Below, one piece after another: positions 27,093-33,575 of a DNA stretch of 33,575 nt. A program made the translations under genes and the position numbers. The notes under the pieces were generated by a model that was not told the origin of the DNA, did not search any database, and was given only the letters and a program-made list of their open reading frames with translations. Within the stretch, counting starts at the first letter, position 1, and every line of letters begins with the position of its first letter. Source of the stretch: a virus (Duplodnaviria > Heunggongvirae > Uroviricota > Caudoviricetes); the IMG/VR virus record IMGVR_UViG_637000261_000005, one strand, 5' to 3'.

Positions 27093-28138
27093 TGAGCAGA
27101 AAAAATAAAAAAGTGCGCATGAGTTCACGCATTGATCTCGCTGATGCGCTCAGGAAAGAATCATCGCTCAGTGCATTCACATTTGATGGTCCTTATCGCC
27201 TGACCGGGCATGACCTGCTGGACAATATGTACTGTGCTGATAACGGGCGGTGGTATGAAACCCCGGTGGACTGGTACGGTCTGGCAAGAGCTGCCCGGCA
27301 AACGTCCTGGCATCAGTCTGCGCTTTATTTTAAGCGCAATGTATTGCTCGGTTGCTACATCCCGCACCCGCTGCTTTCCCGGCAGGATTTCTCGGCGCTG
27401 GCGCTGGACTGGTTTGTGTTCGGTAACGCATTCCTTGAGCTTCGAAGCAATATGCTCGGCGAACCGCTTAAATTACGGCACGCCCTGGCGAAATACATGC
27501 GACGCGGAAGCGATCTTGAATCATGGAGGTATGTGCAGGATGGCAAGGATGCGTTTCAGTTTCGCCCAGGCAAAGTGTGTCACCTGATGAATCCTGACAT
27601 TAACCAGGAAATCTACGGCATGCCGGAATATCTCGGCGCATTACTCTCGGCCAGCCTGTCTCATTCGGCGGACATGTTCAGAAAACTGTATTACGACAAC
27701 GGATCCCACGCCGGGTGCATCATCTACATCGGTGCCGCGCAGGTAAACCGCGAAAGCATGGACTCCCTGAAAGAAACGCTACAGGGTGCGCGTGGTGGTG
27801 GTGCGTTTAAAAACGTGCTCATTCATGCGCCCAACGGGGGCAAAGAGGGGGTGCAAATTTTGCCGTTCCAGCAGATCACCGCAAAGGATGAGTTCATGAA
27901 TGTTAAGGCGGCATCCCGTGATGATGTGCTGGCTGCGCACCGCGTTCCGCCGCAACTGATGGGGGCGATGCCGGGTGAAAAAAGTGCGTTTGGTGATGTG
28001 GAGAAGGCCGCGCGGGTTTACGCAATTAACGAGCTGATGCCCGTCATGGAGGCCATGAAGCACATCAATGACTGGCTTGGCGAAGAGGTGATCCGCTTTA
28101 ACCCTTACGCACTGTTAGACATCCAGCCCACATCCTGA
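27092..28138 (+). CDS. Q: Portal protein (P2 gpQ-like)
   Basis: 348-aa ORF overlapping the P stop (ATGA-type); position at the cos-proximal end. Confidence 0.85.
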   Translation: MSRKNKKVRMSSRIDLADALRKESSLSAFTFDGPYRLTGHDLLDNMYCADNGRWYETPVDWYGLARAARQTSWHQSALYFKRNVLLGCYIPHPLLSRQDFSALALDWFVFGNAFLELRSNMLGEPLKLRHALAKYMRRGSDLESWRYVQDGKDAFQFRPGKVCHLMNPDINQEIYGMPEYLGALLSASLSHSADMFRKLYYDNGSHAGCIIYIGAAQVNRESMDSLKETLQGARGGGAFKNVLIHAPNGGKEGVQILPFQQITAKDEFMNVKAASRDDVLAAHRVPPQLMGAMPGEKSAFGDVEKAARVYAINELMPVMEAMKHINDWLGEEVIRFNPYALLDIQPTS

Positions 28139-28467
28139 CGCGCTTCGCTTGTCTGCTGCTTCGCCGGGGCATAAAAAATTTATGCCCCGACTCTCCAGCT
28201 CCTGTATCAGTCAGATAATTTCACGACGCCTTCCAGTTTATCGCCACCATCGACGGTCAGACTCTTACGCAATCCCACCGCGTTGACTGCATGTTCTCGC
28301 CGCCTCAGTGCGATTTTGACGGCCTTACCTTTCACCCCATCAAATCAGAATCCCTCACGTATTTTTCACGCTCAGCGTGAGAAATACGGCCATTCTGTCG
28401 TGTCGCTGCGACATCGTTAAGGGAACGCTATTTACCCCCTGAAACGCGGGCTGTTCCCCCGTCACCT

Positions 28468-28492
28468 GCGCGCAGAAAAAGCGCGTTTTTTT
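28468..28492 (+). terminator. Intrinsic terminator in the cos-proximal intergenic region
   Basis: GCGCGC-AGAAAAA-GCGCG hairpin followed by seven T. Confidence 0.45.
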
Positions 28493-28562
28493 GTGCACGC
28501 ACGGATCCTTGACGGATCCAGCCGCCACGCGGGCTGGAAGGGCAAAAATTCGTTCAAAAAAA

Positions 28563-28589
28563 TTGTGCAAATTTGTGCACTATTGTGCA
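28563..28589. repeat. Three TTGTGCA direct repeats at exactly 10-bp spacing
   Basis: AATTGTGCAAATTTGTGCACTATTGTGCAG; followed by a 9-bp-stem palindrome CAGGGCGAT...ATCGCCCTG (28591-28616). Confidence 0.4.
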
Positions 28590-28628
28590 GCAGGGCGATG
28601 TGCGATTATCGCCCTGGTTTGAGGGGGA

Positions 28629-29219
28629 TCAGGTGTTATTTTTATCTGTCGTCAGTGGGCTAAACCATCCACAATTTACATCGCATGACTGATGCGTTCT
28701 GTCCTCGTGTTTCTCCTGCCACAATGCTTTTCCGCCAGCCTTTATGATGGCTCTTTCAACATCCCGCTCGTATCGCAAGGGCTGAAATACGTCATTAATG
28801 AAATATTCGCTTATGTCCGGAAGCGATACTGCAAAATTATTTGTTTGTTGCGCCGTCCTGCTATGCAGCAAAGCGGCATGCTTTAATGCGTCCTGTGCTT
28901 TCTGGAATTTAAGTGCATAGTCAGTGGCGATTTTTTCCAGTTCAGCGATTCGGTTGTCTTTGGTTTCCAGCCAATCAAGTAGCGCCAATACTTCAGGATC
29001 CCCGACATCCAACACTGTTACGCGTGATTTTTCATAATGTTCGTCAGCAAGAGTTCGGCCAATTTTGAAATCTCCATCATCACCATAACCGGAGCAGGCA
29101 TAAACAACCTGTGCTCCAGATATTCGCTGAATTGACATTTCCTCGCCGCAAATAGGGCATTTCGGTACTGGCACAGGTGAATAACGTTCACGTAATGCCT
29201 GATAGTTGATTTCGCTCAT
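28629..29219 (-). CDS. Hypothetical 196-aa protein with N-terminal zinc-ribbon-like motif
   Basis: AAGGAG RBS 7 nt before the ATG; CPICGEEMS...YACSGYG cysteine pairs, central coiled-coil-like region; no family recognised. Confidence 0.65.
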   Translation of the reverse strand: MSEINYQALRERYSPVPVPKCPICGEEMSIQRISGAQVVYACSGYGDDGDFKIGRTLADEHYEKSRVTVLDVGDPEVLALLDWLETKDNRIAELEKIATDYALKFQKAQDALKHAALLHSRTAQQTNNFAVSLPDISEYFINDVFQPLRYERDVERAIIKAGGKALWQEKHEDRTHQSCDVNCGWFSPLTTDKNNT

Positions 29220-29282
29220 TAAGTCGTTCTCCTTGTTTATGTTCTGAGGTGGAGAGCAGGGCGAACTCGCCCTGATGTTGTG

Positions 29283-29594
29283 TTATTCAGGAAATAACGC
29301 CCGGATATTTCCGGCCATCTGACTGGTTATCTGTGCGGTTGATACTGGCTGTGATGCGGGGCGTTCTGTCCTGGTTTGTGTCACTGATAACGCTTCATCA
29401 CCAGCCCATGCAGCCAGTCGATAAGCCTCTGCCGGATTCATTTTCAGAAGTGCCAGCCCGGCCAGAAAAGCCACGCGTTGGCCGCTTTTGCGGGCTTCTG
29501 GTGTAAGGCTGTCCAGCCAGGCGCATGCTTCTCCTTCGTTCTTGACGGCGGTGGGCTTCAGATAGAAACTTATCCGTCTGGTTGGAGTCGTCAT
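29283..29594 (-). CDS. ParR/StbB-like partition adaptor
   Basis: MTTPTRRISFYLKP...SGQRVAFLAGLALL... resembles R1 ParR N-terminus; ATG at 29592-29594 with AAGGAG RBS, just downstream of the ParM-like stop. Confidence 0.55.
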   Translation of the reverse strand: MTTPTRRISFYLKPTAVKNEGEACAWLDSLTPEARKSGQRVAFLAGLALLKMNPAEAYRLAAWAGDEALSVTQTRTERPASQPVSTAQITSQMAGNIRALFPE

Positions 29595-29598
29595 TGGT

Positions 29599-30204
29599 TT
29601 ACTCCTTGTCCATTGCGTACAGCCCATTAACCAGAGCAAACTGTGGCACCCCGTCCGCGATGAAAGTCGCATTAACTCCGCAGGCTTCGCGGATAGCGGG
29701 TGCCACAATCTCCGCCCCTCCACCGACAACCATCACCCGCCCGTAACCCGAAAAAACCGCCAGCGCGCGGATCACGCGTTGTTTCAGTGTTTCTTCCTTT
29801 TCACGAATTACCGCCATCAGGCTGGCGTAATGCGCGTCATTGTGGATGTGCTGGCGCAGCCAGGCTTCATCATGGCGATGTTCGATAATGGTATTGGCGA
29901 TGTGGTGACTGGTGCGCATACCGTTAGTGGCCATCACCGACAGTACGGCATCGGCCATCAGAGAAACGCCCACGTGTGGATCGCAAAACACCTGGCTGAT
30001 ACCTGCCAGTTGCCCCTGAACCTTTGCCACATCCAGCGTGGTTCCGCCCAAATCCACAATCAGCAGGGATTCAAACGGACTCATGTCAGCCAGTGCCTTA
30101 AAGCCAGCCGGAATGGATTCAGGCATAACCTGTACGTTACGGATAGTGAATGCTTCGCCGTTCTGGTACTCCACCGGGCGCATGACGTTCGCTTTTTTGC
30201 GGTT
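29599..30204 (-). pseudogene. ParM/StbA-like actin-type ATPase, 5' end removed by IS911 (C-terminal ~200 aa remain)
   Basis: ...VMPESIPAGF...LLIVDLGGTTLDVA...VMVVGGGAEIV...LVNGLYAMDKE matches the C-terminal half of R1 ParM; the frame runs into the IS911 terminus at 30205. Confidence 0.75.
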
Positions 30205-30212
30205 TGAAGTGG

Positions 30213-31381
<1,169 letters not shown>

Positions 31382-31453
31382 TGGAGCACCTGTGTTGTTC
31401 TGAGGTGAGCATATCACCTCTGTTCAGGTGGCCAAATTCAGTGTGCCACTTCA

Positions 31454-31719
31454 AACCGAAGAACACGGCGGTGCGGAGTCCGGAGAGTAACGGAATAGCA
31501 GAGAGCTTCGTGAAAACGATAAAGCGTGACTACATCAGTATCATGCCCAAACCAGACGGGTTAACGGCAGCAAAGAACCTTGCAGAGGCGTTCGAGCATT
31601 ATAACGAATGGCATCCGCATAGTGCGCTGGGTTATCACTCGCCACGGGAATATCTGCGGCAGCGGGCTTGTAATGGGTTAAGTGATAACAGATGTCTGGA
31701 AATATAGGGGCAAATCCAC
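31454..31719 (+). mobile_element. IS2 3'-terminal fragment (about 266 bp), abutting IS911
   Basis: Near-identical to 1455-1719 of the complete IS2, ending in GGGGCAAATCCA at 31719. Confidence 0.85.
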
Positions 31720-31917
31720 TGCGGCACAGATCAGCTCGGAAAGTTCGTTAAGTGCATCCAGATCATCAGCGTAAAAAGCCACGTCATACAGACTTCGGAT
31801 TGCTCTGGTCAATGAGTCACGGGCCGCACGTTCAGCATGAGCGCCTGATGCACTTAAGCGAAAATAAAAACGCTCAAGTGCTTTGTTAATGAGAGTTTTA
31901 TATTCTTTGCCCATCAC
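31720..31917 (-). pseudogene. Small early-region ORF, 3' end replaced by the IS2 fragment
   Basis: MMGKEYKTLINKALERFYFRLSASGAHAERAARDSLTRAIRSLYDVAFYADDLDALNELSELICAAV then IS2-derived codons; family not recognised; second gene of the early operon by position. Confidence 0.45.
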
Positions 31918-31925
31918 AACGCCCT

Positions 31926-32126
31926 TTAATCTGCTTTCTGTATTTCAGCTTCTGAATCCATACAAATAATTTCGATATAGGGTTCATCGCCATTAACCTG
32001 GCGTGCCTTTTCAGCTTCGCTAATGATTTCTTGTACGGTCTGGTACGGAAGTTCCACAAGCAGTCGCGTGCCGTTCAGATAAACGTAAGTGGCTTCGTCG
32101 GCTCCGTTTTTACCCGCCGGAGTCAC
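31926..32126 (-). CDS. Small early-region ORF open to the IS629 boundary (possibly 5'-truncated); cox-position gene by synteny
   Basis: 66 codons from a GTG at the IS629 junction; no internal ATG near the start; family not recognised. Confidence 0.4.
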   Translation of the reverse strand: MTPAGKNGADEATYVYLNGTRLLVELPYQTVQEIISEAEKARQVNGDEPYIEIICMDSEAEIQKAD

Positions 32127-32168
32127 TGAACCGCCCCGGGTTTCCTGGAGAGTGTTTTATCTGTGAAC

Positions 32169-33059
32169 TCAGGCTGCCAGATCATCGTTTCCGATGGAAG
32201 CATAATAAGCTTTTTCTGCTTCTGCCGGAGGGATGTGGCCCAGCCTTTCCAGCAATCGTCGATTATTATACCAGTCCACCCACGTGAGTGTGGCCAGTTC
32301 CACTTCTGCACGGTTTTTCCAGCTCTTACGGTGTATTACCTCCGCTTTGTAAAGACCATTGATGCTCTCCGCCATCGCGTTGTCATACGAGTCGCCTGTA
32401 CTTCCTGTTGATGCCAGTAATCCGGCTTCCTTAAGCCGCTGTGTGTAGGCCAGCGATACATACTGAGAACCTTTATCACTGTGATGGACCGTGCCGGACG
32501 GTCGACGGGCCCATAACGCCTGCTCCAGTGCATCCAGCACGAATGTCGTCTCCATGGACGATGAGACCCGCCACCCCACGATGTATCCGGCAAACACATC
32601 AATGATGAACGCCACATAGACGAAGCCCTGCCATGTGCTGACGTAAGTAAAATCAGCCACCCACAGCTGGTCAGGTCGTTCTGCCACGAACTGACGGTTT
32701 ACGCGGTCGCCTGCGGCAACGGCTTTCCGGCTGATGGTCGTACGGACCTTTTTACCCCGGAGAACACCGGCAAGTCCCATAACCGCCATGAGACGTGCCA
32801 CAGTGCATCTGGCCACTCTGATGCCTTCCCGTAACAACTGACGCCAGACTTTACGCACACCGTATACCTGATGATTCCCATCGTATACGCGCAGTATCTC
32901 TTTCTTCAGCCAGTCATCGCGCTGCGCACGGGCACTGCGTTTATCAGGATGATGTCGCTGTTGCTGACAGTGGTAATACGTTGACGGGGCAATATGTAGT
33001 TCACTGCATACCGGTCCGACCCCGTACAGCTTACGCAGCTTATCCAGCAGTGGCATCAC
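32169..33059 (-). CDS. IS629-like transposase OrfB
   Basis: 296-aa ORF with DDE domain. Confidence 0.85.
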   Translation of the reverse strand: MMPLLDKLRKLYGVGPVCSELHIAPSTYYHCQQQRHHPDKRSARAQRDDWLKKEILRVYDGNHQVYGVRKVWRQLLREGIRVARCTVARLMAVMGLAGVLRGKKVRTTISRKAVAAGDRVNRQFVAERPDQLWVADFTYVSTWQGFVYVAFIIDVFAGYIVGWRVSSSMETTFVLDALEQALWARRPSGTVHHSDKGSQYVSLAYTQRLKEAGLLASTGSTGDSYDNAMAESINGLYKAEVIHRKSWKNRAEVELATLTWVDWYNNRRLLERLGHIPPAEAEKAYYASIGNDDLAA

Positions 33060-33382
33060 TTTTTCCAGAGGCGGTCGAACTCCGCCTTCGCAAAATAAGC
33101 GGAAGCCTGGCGAAGGATATCGTTACTGCGGCGCAGTTCACGATTTTCACGTTCCAGCTCTTTCAGACGCTGACGTTCAGCGGTGGTGAGCCCGCCATCA
33201 CCGCCTCCGGTATCCCGCTCATGCTGGCGTACCCAGACACGCAGAGTCTCCGGTGTACAGCCAATCTTTGGGGCAATGGAACAAATTGCCGCCCACTGTG
33301 AGTCATATTCGCCCTGACTTTCCAGAACCATACGAATCGCCCTCTGACGGACTTCGGGGGAAAAACGAGTATTTTTAGTCAT
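33056..33382 (-). CDS. IS629-like transposase OrfA
   Basis: 108-aa ORF with helix-turn-helix region and leucine-zipper-like C-terminus. Confidence 0.85.
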   Translation of the reverse strand: MTKNTRFSPEVRQRAIRMVLESQGEYDSQWAAICSIAPKIGCTPETLRVWVRQHERDTGGGDGGLTTAERQRLKELERENRELRRSNDILRQASAYFAKAEFDRLWKK

Positions 33383-33436
33383 CCTGTTTACCTCTTTCTC
33401 AGGGAGTTTAGTCTCCAGGATTCCCGGGGCGGTTCA

Positions 33437-33575
33437 CATGATGAACGGCGGCAATATTCTGACGCTCCAGAAAATTCTGGGGCACGCAAAGATTCAGACA
33501 ACGATGATTTATGCCCATCTTGCGCCGGATTACCTGCAGGATGCGGTGAGGTTTAATCCACTAGGAGGTGCTTAA
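33437..33575 (+). pseudogene. int: Integrase C-terminal remnant (last 45 codons of a P2-type tyrosine recombinase)
   Basis: MMNGGNILTLQKILGHAKIQTTMIYAHLAPDYLQDAVRFNPLGGA-stop closely matches the P2 Int C-terminus including the catalytic Tyr region; begins at the IS629 junction and ends at the window edge. Confidence 0.8.

Larger units (their letters stand above)
32127..33436 (-). mobile_element. IS629/IS1203-like element (IS3 family), 1310 bp
   Basis: Termini TGAACCGCCCCGGG... at both ends in inverted orientation; Orf[31 protein letters not shown]... and OrfB recognised; flanks CAC / CAT are not a duplication. Confidence 0.85.

Noticed and set aside
28355-28570. 71-aa minus-strand ORF in the cos-proximal intergenic region
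   Set aside because: Overlaps palindromes and repeats, TTG start without RBS, no recognisable product.
28139-28628. P2/186-type cos 19-mer (GGCGAGGCGGGGAAAGCAC-like)
   Set aside because: Only a weak 9-nt resemblance (GCGTGGCGG on the minus strand near 28520-28535); insufficient to call a cos site.
31720-32126. Plus-strand reading of this interval as the missing integrase N-terminus
   Set aside because: The plus-strand frame continuous with the integrase remnant is open for only about 57 codons and shows no tyrosine-recombinase motifs (no H-x-LRH box); the minus-strand ORFs are more gene-like. The integrase body is therefore deleted, not displaced.

Overview
The window is a decayed P2-family prophage, probably from Escherichia or Shigella, lying in reverse orientation to the P2 map and heavily punctured by IS3-family elements (IS2, IS911, an IS2 fragment, IS629/IS1203-like). 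All calls rest on reading the sequence and ORF track by eye against remembered protein families; nothing was searched or computed, and G+C values are estimates. From left to right: a Hok-family toxin gene at the window edge; IS2; an ogr-like zinc-finger activator whose 3' end is replaced by IS2; a strongly AT-rich single-gene island (2051-5170, minus) encoding a 1039-aa protein with four N-terminal hydrophobic helices and no motifs I recognise; gene D with an in-frame TAA; sheath, tube, E/E', tape measure and U on the plus strand; a Pin/Gin-like invertase with a 2.7-kb invertible tail-fibre segment bounded by 26-bp hix-like inverted sites; then baseplate, tail completion, lysis, head and packaging genes (H through O on minus, P and Q on plus). 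Right of Q are a cos-proximal region with terminator and phased repeats, a zinc-ribbon ORF, a ParR-like gene and a ParM-like gene cut by IS911, two small early-region ORFs, and only the last 45 codons of the integrase after IS629. The best candidate for an undescribed system is the AT-rich 1039-aa membrane-protein gene between D and ogr, which I interpret as horizontally acquired cargo and a possible anti-phage or abortive-infection gene. Several frameshifts (tube gene twice, capsid gene, tail-fibre assembly gene) sit in homopolymer runs and may be sequencing errors rather than real decay. No tRNA, rRNA or CRISPR array was seen.
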